A stretch of DNA of 64,000 bases from an uncultured Pelagibacteraceae bacterium (GTDB lineage Bacteria > Pseudomonadota > Alphaproteobacteria > Pelagibacterales > AG-422-B15): positions 8,755 to 72,754 of the forward strand of contig CACFYZ010000004.1 of the NCBI GenBank assembly GCA_902570675.1, in the 5' to 3' direction. Under the pieces are notes generated by a model that was given only the letters and a program-made list of their open reading frames with translations, was not told where the DNA came from and ran no database searches. The position numbers were made by a program, and so were the translations under genes. Shown in pieces: positions 9,495 through 19,016 of the stretch. Positions within the stretch are counted from its first letter, which is position 1. Each line of letters opens with the position of its first letter.

Positions 9495-10121
9495 TTATTT
9501 TAGCGGACTAGCAACGCCCCAGTAATGATAGCTTAAAAATTTTGGTCCAGGAACATACATGCTGTCTATTTTATCTATTATAAAATTAGCTTTTGTTATT
9601 TCATTTGGAATATCTACATCAAGATGACAACCACCCGCTATTCTTTTTTGAATCTCGTTCATTCTTTTTTGCCATTTCAAAACATTTGAGTCAGGAGATT
9701 TACCATGTTCAGAGAATAGGAATTTAGCGTTTGGTTTCATAACTCTATTTATTTCAGACATAGCACTGCTTAAGCCAGGAATAGAACACATTGTGTAAGT
9801 ACTTATTACTGTATCAAACGAGTTATTATCGAAAGGTAACTTTTCGGCTTTAAGTTGTTGGATATTCAAATCTATATTGTTTAATTCTGCATTTTGTTTT
9901 GCTTTTTTCAACAATACGCTATCTGGTTCAACAGCAAATACCTTTGATACATTTGCTTTACTGTAATAATTAAAATTTAGTCCTGAACCTATACCTATTT
10001 CTAATACTCTACCAGATGCTAAAGGTATTATTTTTTCTCTCTGTTTTCTAAATGGTTTCATTTGCATCGCATAATTGATGAGATGCGGACAAACATATTT
10101 ATCGTATATTTTTTGCAGCAA
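9495..10121 (-). CDS. Class I SAM-dependent methyltransferase (Methyltransf_11 type, METTL7/TMT1-like)
   Basis: 208-aa ORF with SAM motif VLEIGIGSGLNFNYY, DTVISTYTMCSI and RVMKPNAKFLFSEHG. The C-terminal W..(x)..IAGGCHL segment resembles METTL7-type enzymes. Confidence 0.7.
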   Translation of the reverse strand: MLQKIYDKYVCPHLINYAMQMKPFRKQREKIIPLASGRVLEIGIGSGLNFNYYSKANVSKVFAVEPDSVLLKKAKQNAELNNIDLNIQQLKAEKLPFDNNSFDTVISTYTMCSIPGLSSAMSEINRVMKPNAKFLFSEHGKSPDSNVLKWQKRMNEIQKRIAGGCHLDVDIPNEITKANFIIDKIDSMYVPGPKFLSYHYWGVASPLK

Positions 10122-11147
10122 TTATTTTACACCTAATTTTTTTTGTATATCGCTTGATGAGGTTGTGTATCGAAAAGTTAGTGTTTCATCTGGTCTAGCA
10201 CGTATAAATGCTTTCTGTGCTGCTAGGGCAGCTTCATGAAAGCCAGATAAAATTAACTTTAGTTTACCTGGATAATAGGAAATATCTCCAATTGCAAATA
10301 TACCTGGTAAGTTTGTCTCAAAATTTTCCGTGTTTACCTCAATTTGTTTTTCATTCAAATTTAGGCCCCAATCATTAATGGGCCCGAGCTCCATTTTAAG
10401 TCCATAAAAAATTAAAATTTCGTCACAATCTATAATTTTTTCATTTCCGTCATTATCTTTTATGATTGCTTTTTCAACTCTATTGCTACCCTGAACATCA
10501 CTAATCTGATTTTTAGTAATCAGGTCAACTTGTCCTTCTTTAACGAGTTGTTTCATTAAATTAACCGTGTGATTAGCTGCTTTAAACTCATCACGTCTAT
10601 GAACTAATGTTACATGAGAAGCAATTTTTGAAAGTTCGACAGTCCAGTCAAGCGCACTGTCACCCCCGCCAAAAATAATAATCTTTTTATCCTTATAAAA
10701 GTTTTTATCAGGTATCGAATATTGAATGCCTTTATTTTCATATTTGGATACATTTTCGATTGGTGGTTTACGCGGCTCAAATGAACCAACGCCACCAGCT
10801 ACAAATATATTAGGAGTTTCAAAAACTTTATTGCCCGTAGTTTTAAGTTTCCATGAGTCACCGGTATTTATAATTTCATCAATTCTTTCATTAAGATGAA
10901 ACGGCGTATTAAATGGCTTGATTTGTTTTTGTAAATTTTCAATTAATGATAATCCAGTACACTCTGGAAGCGCAGGTATATCATAAATTGGTTTGTCTGG
11001 ATATAACTCAGCACATTGTCCTCCAATTTTGTCAAGATTATCTACAACGTGACTATCAAGTCCTAATATACCTAACTCAAATACTGCAAACAGACCCACA
11101 GGACCTGCTCCAATTATTAGACAGTCTGTCTTGATAGCTTCAGACAT
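10122..11147 (-). CDS. Ferredoxin--NADP+ reductase, thioredoxin-reductase-like type
   Basis: 341-aa ORF with two dinucleotide folds (IIGAGPVGLFA; FGGGDSALDW) and no CxxC redox-active disulfide. This is typical of TrxR-like FNR (YumC type). Confidence 0.8.
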   Translation of the reverse strand: MSEAIKTDCLIIGAGPVGLFAVFELGILGLDSHVVDNLDKIGGQCAELYPDKPIYDIPALPECTGLSLIENLQKQIKPFNTPFHLNERIDEIINTGDSWKLKTTGNKVFETPNIFVAGGVGSFEPRKPPIENVSKYENKGIQYSIPDKNFYKDKKIIIFGGGDSALDWTVELSKIASHVTLVHRRDEFKAANHTVNLMKQLVKEGQVDLITKNQISDVQGSNRVEKAIIKDNDGNEKIIDCDEILIFYGLKMELGPINDWGLNLNEKQIEVNTENFETNLPGIFAIGDISYYPGKLKLILSGFHEAALAAQKAFIRARPDETLTFRYTTSSSDIQKKLGVK

Positions 11148-11199
11148 ATATTTATTCCTTGTTATATGATAATAAATAATATTACTTATTGATAATACA

Positions 11200-11791
11200 A
11201 TGATTTTATTGCGCAGATACCTATTATATTTAATTGCAGTAATATTGATTGCTGTAGCCTTTACTTATGCTTCCGCCAAGCTTTACGAAGAATTTGCTTT
11301 CATAAAAAATGACAATTGGCAGATTTTGCCCTCTCCTGGTGATCGAGATCGTGACATTTACACAAGAGCATCAGTCGCAATGAGTGGTACGTTTGCTCTT
11401 GCTAAACCTGAAGCGGCTTATTTTCATGCATTTTATGACATTGAGGATGAAGAATTATCAGGAAACTGTAACTATCAAATAAGTGGAAGCGATATAGAAT
11501 CTCGATGGTGGAGTATAACTGTTTATAACGAAGACGGTTTTTTAGTCAAAAATGATGAAAAAATATATTCTTTAAATAGTGAAACCGTAGATTTTAACTT
11601 AGAAGGCGGTTTTAACATCTATCTTACCGGAGATAATAATTTTATTTCTAACAATTCTGGTGAAAACTGGTTAAGAACTCCGATTGATAGAAGTTTTTCA
11701 GTCGCACTTAGAATTTATTTACCCGGAGAAGAGTATTTTTCAAAATTAAAAAGAGTTGACTTGCCGATAATTGAAAAACTGGAATGTAGAG

Positions 11792-11799
<8 letters not shown>
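11200..11799 (+). CDS. Membrane-anchored DUF1214 domain protein
   Basis: 199-aa ORF with an N-terminal TM helix. RWWSITVYNEDGFLV and NWLRTP...ALRIYLP blocks are typical of DUF1214. Confidence 0.6.
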
Positions 11800-12812
<1,013 letters not shown>

Positions 12813-12868
12813 GGGGTTAATTATGGGAAAAAGTTATCCACACAAAATTCATTCACTTATACCCACAA

Positions 12869-13882
12869 ATGCATTTAGTTACTAACATGATATCAAAACC
12901 CTATTTATTATTTATTGGAGACGCAAAAGATGATTTAGCGATAAAAACTGCTGCAGGCATAAATTATTGGCGTCCAGATTGGTGTATAGGACAAATGAGT
13001 TTCCCAAACGCCAAATCGAGCCTGGGAATTAGAGAAATGAATATTGAAGAAGCTGTGGCTAATGGTGCTAAAACATTTGTCATTGGTGTCGTAAACGCTG
13101 GAGGCGTTATGCCTGATGAATGGCAAAATGTTATTGTTGAAGCAATATCAGCAGGAATGAATATTGCAAGTGGAATGCATTCAAGGCTATCTTCATTTAG
13201 TGAAATTGCAAAAGCGTCAGAACAAAATAATATAAAACTCCACGATTTGCGTTTCAGTGACAAACGGTTTCAAACAGGTAAAGGCATAAAGCGCAAAGGT
13301 AAGAGATTACTTACTGTTGGAACAGATTGTTCCGTGGGGAAAAAATACACCGCTCTTGCCATTGAGAAAGCAATGCGAGCTAGTCAAATGGATGTTACTT
13401 TTAAAGCAACTGGGCAAACAGGCGTATTAATTGCCGAGAATGGAATTGCGATCGATGCAATTGTCTCTGATTTTATATCTGGAGCAGTTGAATGGTTATC
13501 TCCCGATAATACTGACAACCATTGGGACATTATTGAAGGACAAGGATCTCTTTTTCATCCATCCTTTGCTGGTGTTTCACTTGGATTACTGCACGGTAGT
13601 CAACCTGATGCTTTTGTAGTTTGTCACGAGCCTAATCGTGCAAATATGCGTGGGGTTGATGCACCTTTGCCAAGTATTCAAGAGGTCATTGATCAAACTA
13701 TTCAAAACGGCAAATTGACCAATAAAAACATACAATGTATTGGCATTGCTCTGAATACGTCAAATTGTAAATCCAAAGCAGATGAGTATAAATTAGAAAT
13801 ATCAAAAAAATATAATTTGCCATGCTTGGATCCTATACAAGATAGTCTCGATCCGTTTATTGAAATTATTAAAAGTATTTGA
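12869..13882 (+). CDS. DUF1611 family protein (P-loop-like; DgcN-type N-acetyltransferase candidate)
   Basis: 337-aa ORF. GTDCSVGKKYTAL is the characteristic DUF1611 P-loop-like motif. The start is uncertain (12869 or 12887). Confidence 0.65.
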   Translation: MHLVTNMISKPYLLFIGDAKDDLAIKTAAGINYWRPDWCIGQMSFPNAKSSLGIREMNIEEAVANGAKTFVIGVVNAGGVMPDEWQNVIVEAISAGMNIASGMHSRLSSFSEIAKASEQNNIKLHDLRFSDKRFQTGKGIKRKGKRLLTVGTDCSVGKKYTALAIEKAMRASQMDVTFKATGQTGVLIAENGIAIDAIVSDFISGAVEWLSPDNTDNHWDIIEGQGSLFHPSFAGVSLGLLHGSQPDAFVVCHEPNRANMRGVDAPLPSIQEVIDQTIQNGKLTNKNIQCIGIALNTSNCKSKADEYKLEISKKYNLPCLDPIQDSLDPFIEIIKSI

Positions 13883-13889
13883 ACTGATC

Positions 13890-14873
13890 ATGCTAAAAGT
13901 TGAAGTAAGGCATATATCCTGGGATTTAAATAAATCATTTAACATATCAAGAGGTTCAAAAAAAACTGCCGAAACAATAGAAGTTAAAATAGAAGATGGT
14001 CAGTTCTGCGGTTACGGTGAATGTGTGCCTTATAATCGTTATAAGGAGACAATTGAAAGTGTAAGCAATGAGATTGATAGCATTAAGGAAAAAATCGAGG
14101 ATTGTATAGTAAGTACATCTAATCTTAGTAACTTTATAAAAAATGGTGCTGCAAGAAATGCAATTGATTGTGCGCTCTGGGATCTTAATTGTAAAAAAAA
14201 TAAAACCACTATTTGGGAATTAATGAAGATTGAAAAACCTCTCCAATTACCTGGAAGCTATACAGTGGTTTTGGATGAGCCAGAAAAAATGTTAGAAGAC
14301 GTGAGTAAGCACAAAGAATTTTCAACAATAAAATTAAAAGTAAACGCAGATAATCTTGAGAAAATTTTAACAAAAACAAGAGACCTGATTCCAAATCAAA
14401 AATTAATAGTTGATGCAAATGAAGCTTTTAACATAGATGACTTAAAGTTAAATGCTGATTTATTCATTAAAACTAGAGTAAATTTAATTGAGCAGCCTTT
14501 GTTATCTGGAAATGATGATGAGTTAAAGGGATTAAATTACCCGGTTTCGATATGTGCCGATGAGTCATTTCATGATAGTTCTGATCTAGACGAAATGCAG
14601 AATAAGTATGATACAATAAATATAAAATTAGACAAAACTGGCGGACTATCAGAAGCTCTTGTTATTGCAAATAAGGCTAAAAAACTTAATTTAAAAATAA
14701 TGCTAGGTTGTATGGTATCAAGCTCTTTATCAATGATACCATTATTACCGCTCTATCAATTTGCTGATTTTATAGACCTTGATGGTCCATGCTTTATATC
14801 TAATGACAGAGAAAATGGGCTTAGCTATGAAAAGGGAATGATATTATTAAATAGAGATCTTTGTTGGGGATAG
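13890..14873 (+). CDS. Enolase-superfamily dipeptide (L-Ala-D/L-Glu) epimerase-like / N-acyl amino acid racemase-like enzyme
   Basis: KLKV (KxK), IVDANEA, LIEQP, ICADES and NIKLDKTGG give the two catalytic Lys and the Asp/Glu/Asp metal ligands of the MLE subgroup. ATG at 13890 is preferred to the track start. Confidence 0.75.
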   Translation: MLKVEVRHISWDLNKSFNISRGSKKTAETIEVKIEDGQFCGYGECVPYNRYKETIESVSNEIDSIKEKIEDCIVSTSNLSNFIKNGAARNAIDCALWDLNCKKNKTTIWELMKIEKPLQLPGSYTVVLDEPEKMLEDVSKHKEFSTIKLKVNADNLEKILTKTRDLIPNQKLIVDANEAFNIDDLKLNADLFIKTRVNLIEQPLLSGNDDELKGLNYPVSICADESFHDSSDLDEMQNKYDTINIKLDKTGGLSEALVIANKAKKLNLKIMLGCMVSSSLSMIPLLPLYQFADFIDLDGPCFISNDRENGLSYEKGMILLNRDLCWG

Positions 14874-14874
14874 A

Positions 14875-15060
14875 TTACTTCTCAGCTTTTGGCGTGAATA
14901 TTTTTTTTCCATTATACGTTCCTGTTGTCATGTCAACATGATGGGGTAGACGCATTTCGCCAGATTCTTTATCTTCAATATAATTTTTTCCTTTAAGACG
15001 TAAATGAGATCTTCTCATTCCTCTTCTTGAATTAGATATTTTACTCTTTGGAACTGCCAT
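14875..15060 (-). CDS. rpmF: 50S ribosomal protein L32
   Basis: 61-aa ORF starting [19 protein letters not shown], the canonical bL32 N-terminus. Confidence 0.9.
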   Translation of the reverse strand: MAVPKSKISNSRRGMRRSHLRLKGKNYIEDKESGEMRLPHHVDMTTGTYNGKKIFTPKAEK

Positions 15061-15071
15061 CGATTTATCCT

Positions 15072-15551
15072 TTATAATTTAGTTGGATTAGGTTCATCCC
15101 CATATACATCATCGGGATTGAAAACTTTTTCAATATTTGTGAACCTTAATCCAGGCTTATTTGCGGTATCTTCTAAGTCAATTTCTCTGTAAAAACAAGA
15201 CTTATAACCAACATGACAACTAGCGCCATTTTCACCTAGATCTACCTTCAAGCATATAGCATCTTGATCATCATCAATAAGAATTTCTCTCACTTTCTGA
15301 GTATATCCACTTGTAGCACCTTTGCGCCAAAGCGCATTACGACTTCTACTATAATAATAAGCCTCTTTAGTTTGAATAGTTTTTTCAAGAGCCTCCTTAT
15401 TCATAAAGCCTGTCATTAGGATATCGTTCGTCTCAAAGTCAACTGTCGTAACCACAATTAATCCATTCTCATCAAATTTTGGAGCAAGTTCATTACTCTC
15501 TTCAACTTGTTCAACTGATTGTCTTGTTTTAAACATATTTACTCTTGTCAA
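15072..15551 (-). CDS. hisI: Phosphoribosyl-AMP cyclohydrolase (monofunctional)
   Basis: 159-aa ORF with [17 protein letters not shown] and [10 protein letters not shown] motifs of HisI. Confidence 0.85.
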   Translation of the reverse strand: MTRVNMFKTRQSVEQVEESNELAPKFDENGLIVVTTVDFETNDILMTGFMNKEALEKTIQTKEAYYYSRSRNALWRKGATSGYTQKVREILIDDDQDAICLKVDLGENGASCHVGYKSCFYREIDLEDTANKPGLRFTNIEKVFNPDDVYGDEPNPTKL

Positions 15552-15617
15552 ATATTTAAAGGTGGGTTTAACTTAAATTATTAAAAAATTCAATGAATTA
15601 TAGAAAAATATACAACT

Positions 15618-16115
15618 ATGTCGGACAATACAGACCCAATAAAACCTGTTAGAGCTCAGGGCGCAAGGACCTCATTTTTCCCACCTTATGCTTTAATGAT
15701 TGGTTTAGTGGCATCTAGTATTTTAGATAGTTTCTTAATCCATTTACCTATCTTTGAAGGAAATATAATATTTTTAATCATTGGACTAACTGTTGCTGTA
15801 TCGTCTTTTTTGATTGCGATTTATACTCTAAAGATATTTTCTGATAATGAGGAAAATCCGCATCCAAAATCAATTCAGCATCAATTATTTGTTGGAGGAA
15901 CATTTAAATATTCTAGAAACCCAATTTATTTAGCAATGATAATTATTTTGCTGAGCTGCGGACTTGCTTTTAATTCATTATGGTATGTAGTTAGCGCCAT
16001 AATATCATTTCCACTTCTTACGTATGGTGTAATAATTCCAGAAGAAAAATATCTTGAAAAAGAATTTGGAAATGTTTACTTAGAATATAAGAAGTCAACA
16101 AGAAGATGGCTTTGA
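15618..16115 (+). CDS. Small integral-membrane methyltransferase of the ICMT/PEMT superfamily
   Basis: 165-aa ORF with about 4 TM helices. C-terminal YSRNPIYLAMI...PEEKYLEKEFGNVYLEYKKSTRRW is typical of isoprenylcysteine carboxyl / phospholipid methyltransferase-like proteins. Confidence 0.65.
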   Translation: MSDNTDPIKPVRAQGARTSFFPPYALMIGLVASSILDSFLIHLPIFEGNIIFLIIGLTVAVSSFLIAIYTLKIFSDNEENPHPKSIQHQLFVGGTFKYSRNPIYLAMIIILLSCGLAFNSLWYVVSAIISFPLLTYGVIIPEEKYLEKEFGNVYLEYKKSTRRWL

Positions 16116-16136
16116 ACTAATTTCATAAATTAACAT

Positions 16137-17375
16137 ATGTACAGTTTACTTAAGGGCACTTGGGCTCTTTTTTTTGGTGTGGGCATGATAATGCTTGCAA
16201 ATGGCCTTCAAGGAAGCTTGATCGGAGTAAGAGCATCGCTTGAAGGGTACTCTGCTTTATCAGCTGGAATAATTCTTACAGGTTATTATGCTGGTTTTTT
16301 GTCTGGAGCTTTACTAATCCCGAATAGAGTTAAAAGTGTTGGGCATGTGAGAATGTTTGCTGCCCTAGCTTCGATAGCCTCAATATCGATTTTACTTCAT
16401 TCAATTCATGTGAGCTTTATTGGTTGGTTTCTGATGAGATTTATTTCAGGAATGTGCTTTGTGGGCATGTATACCGTTGCAGAAAGTTGGATCAATGATC
16501 TTTCAGAAAATAATAATCGAGGAAAGGCTCTTTCAGTCTACATGATGGTAAGTATGGGAGGCAGTGCGATTGGTCAACTTTTTCTAAATATTGCAAGTCC
16601 AGAAACAGCATCATTGTTCATGCTCGTTTCAATTTTAATTTCAATCTCATTAGTGCCAATATTAATCGTAGTAAGTAATCAACCAGATTTTAGTGTAACA
16701 GAATACCTATCAATCAAACAACTTTATGAAGCTTCACCCTTGGGAGTGGTAGCGGCTATCATGACAGGCTTAGCTCATGGAAGTTTATGGGGAATAGGTA
16801 CAATTTATGGGTTAAAAAGTGGTCTAACGATTGAACAAGTATCAATATTTATGTTTACGTTTATAATTGGAGGTGCGTTTAACCAATATCTTATTGGTTA
16901 TTTGTCAGATAAGTACGATAGAAGGACCATCATAGTGATTGTTTCTTTATCAGCTGGTTTTTTAGCTTTATTAGCATTGATATTCAGTAGTGGATTTAAT
17001 TATCTAATAATAATAACTTTTATATTTGGCGGATTAACCGTTCCGCTTTATGCGCTATCTATTGCTCATACGAATGATTTTTTGACTAGGCGAGAAATGG
17101 TTGCAGCTAGTGCAGGGTTGCAATTAGCTGGTGGAATTGGTCTAACGCTCGGTCCAATTTTTGGTGGACTCGCAATTGATATTATTGGTCCATCAGGATT
17201 TTGGATATATTTATTTTTCATTCATACTTTTTTAGGCATTTTTGGAATTTATAGAATGTCAATCCGAACTGCTGTACCACTGGAAGATCAAGGCTCAACT
17301 GTGCTAGTTAGTAGTCGATCAGCGCCAGCTTCAATGGAATTATACCCCGAAGCTGAAGAAAATAATCTAGATTGA
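16137..17375 (+). CDS. Major facilitator superfamily transporter
   Basis: 412-aa ORF, about 12 hydrophobic helices, MFS-like loop DKYDRR between TM helices. Confidence 0.75.
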   Translation: MYSLLKGTWALFFGVGMIMLANGLQGSLIGVRASLEGYSALSAGIILTGYYAGFLSGALLIPNRVKSVGHVRMFAALASIASISILLHSIHVSFIGWFLMRFISGMCFVGMYTVAESWINDLSENNNRGKALSVYMMVSMGGSAIGQLFLNIASPETASLFMLVSILISISLVPILIVVSNQPDFSVTEYLSIKQLYEASPLGVVAAIMTGLAHGSLWGIGTIYGLKSGLTIEQVSIFMFTFIIGGAFNQYLIGYLSDKYDRRTIIVIVSLSAGFLALLALIFSSGFNYLIIITFIFGGLTVPLYALSIAHTNDFLTRREMVAASAGLQLAGGIGLTLGPIFGGLAIDIIGPSGFWIYLFFIHTFLGIFGIYRMSIRTAVPLEDQGSTVLVSSRSAPASMELYPEAEENNLD

Positions 17376-18227
17376 GTTTAACCATTCAGATAAGCCAGTA
17401 CTTATTTCATCTGGTGACTCTTCTTGTAGAAAATGATGACCATTCACTGTTATTTCTTTTTGATTTTTAAATTTTCGACAGAATTCGATTAATGGCATTG
17501 GCATTATACGGCCTGGATTTCCAACAATTAGAAATTTTGGCAAATCAGTCTCCATCATGAAATTTAAATTAGCCTTAACCTCGTCGTAGACCTCTATTGG
17601 TTCATTATCAATTGGGATTTGGCGTGGCCAGTCAAGTGTTGGCCTCCTATCTTCCCCTGCATTTACAAATGGTTTTCGATACTCGTTCATAACCTCCTCA
17701 CTGAGTGGTTTAATAGGATCTGTACCGAGCATCTTTTCTACAAAAAAGTTTTCTTCTAAAACTTTTTTATCTCCTTTTTCAGATCTAATCATCAGAAAAA
17801 GACCTCTAGTAGGCTCTACCATTTCATTAGATTTGATCGGAGCTATTACCGTCTCAAAATAGCAAATTCCTCTTACTAAATCTCGATTTTCTCTGGCCCA
17901 CTTGATTGCAAGCGGTCCTCCCCAATCCTGACCCACAAGAGTAGCTTTTTTTTCTAATTTTAAATCCATAATAAACTGTGACAAATATTCATAATGCAAA
18001 TCAAAAGTATAAGTCATAGGGCCTGGATTATCGATTTTATCAGAGTCGCCCATTCCAATCATATCAGCAGCAATACATCTGTATCTATCTTTAAGATTGC
18101 TAATTATATTTCTATAAAGAAATGAAGAGGTAGGATTTCCATGAAAGAAAATAATTGGATCACCATTACCTTCATCTACATACGCAATTTTTTTATTTTT
18201 ATAATTAAAAAATTTTTTTTCCATCAC
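17367..18227 (-). CDS. Haloalkane dehalogenase, HLD-II type (alpha/beta hydrolase)
   Basis: HGNPTSSFLYRNII, GQDWGG (Asp nucleophile + Trp), CYFETV (acid Glu) and GHHFLQEESPDE (His base) match the DhaA/LinB-type pentad. Confidence 0.8.
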   Translation of the reverse strand: MMEKKFFNYKNKKIAYVDEGNGDPIIFFHGNPTSSFLYRNIISNLKDRYRCIAADMIGMGDSDKIDNPGPMTYTFDLHYEYLSQFIMDLKLEKKATLVGQDWGGPLAIKWARENRDLVRGICYFETVIAPIKSNEMVEPTRGLFLMIRSEKGDKKVLEENFFVEKMLGTDPIKPLSEEVMNEYRKPFVNAGEDRRPTLDWPRQIPIDNEPIEVYDEVKANLNFMMETDLPKFLIVGNPGRIMPMPLIEFCRKFKNQKEITVNGHHFLQEESPDEISTGLSEWLNSI

Positions 18228-18886
18228 TTATTTATAAATGTACACCAACTATCTAGTGAACGTCTATCGGTTTTATACTTATTTAATGGAGAAGTTGTAT
18301 CTCGGTAACCAATTGCCATTCCACAAAATAACATATGTTCTTTATCTGCTTCAGTAAACTCTGAAACCATTTTTTGTCGAAGTGACCAAGATTCTTGAGC
18401 ACATGTATCTATTCCTTCTTCCTGAGCGAGCAGCATAAATGTTTGCAAAAACATTCCTAGATCAGACCACTGAGGCTGGTTCATCTGACGATCAACATAA
18501 CAAAATAGACCTGCTGGTGCGCCAAAAAAAGTAAAATTTTTGAGCATTTGATCAACTCTTGCCTGACTGTTTGACCTTTCTATTCCAATAGAACTGTATA
18601 ATTGTTCACCGATTTCAAATCTTGAGGTTCTATAAGGCTCTTTAAGTTTTTCTGGATAAATAGGATATTCAGGTTTATCAGAACCCTTCCAATTATCCTG
18701 GAAATCTAGAAAACTTTTCATCGTATCTCCATTAACAACATAGATTCTCCATGGTTGTAAATTTCCTCCCGATGGTGATCGTGAAGATTTGATAATCAGT
18801 CTTTTTAAAGTTTCGTCAGGAACTTGTTTTTTTGTGAAAGATCTTACTGATTGTCTGTTTTCAACGGCTTCAGTTACGCTTATCAT
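18224..18886 (-). CDS. Nitroreductase-family flavoprotein
   Basis: 220-aa ORF with N-terminal RQSVRSFT and SPSGGNLQPW motifs of the NfsA/NfsB-like fold. Confidence 0.75.
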   Translation of the reverse strand: MISVTEAVENRQSVRSFTKKQVPDETLKRLIIKSSRSPSGGNLQPWRIYVVNGDTMKSFLDFQDNWKGSDKPEYPIYPEKLKEPYRTSRFEIGEQLYSSIGIERSNSQARVDQMLKNFTFFGAPAGLFCYVDRQMNQPQWSDLGMFLQTFMLLAQEEGIDTCAQESWSLRQKMVSEFTEADKEHMLFCGMAIGYRDTTSPLNKYKTDRRSLDSWCTFINK

Positions 18887-19014
18887 AACTTTACCTTTAT
18901 TCTTTTCATTTCTTCAGATTTTTTTTTATTCTTAATTTTTTGTGATCTAAACTTAACAGTTCTTAATTCTTTTGCTACAGGATTACTTTTCAAAATCTCT
19001 TTTTTGTTGACCAT
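18883..19014 (-). CDS. Candidate 43-aa highly basic small protein (not in ORF track)
   Basis: ATG at 19014 lies 2 nt after the SDR stop, and the TGA overlaps the nitroreductase ATG (ATGA). Sequence: MVNKKEILKSNPVAKELRTVKFRSQKIKNKKKSEEMKRIKVKL. It fills the only sizeable gap in a six-gene overlapping string. Confidence 0.35.
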   Translation of the reverse strand: MVNKKEILKSNPVAKELRTVKFRSQKIKNKKKSEEMKRIKVKL

Positions 19015-19016
19015 AT

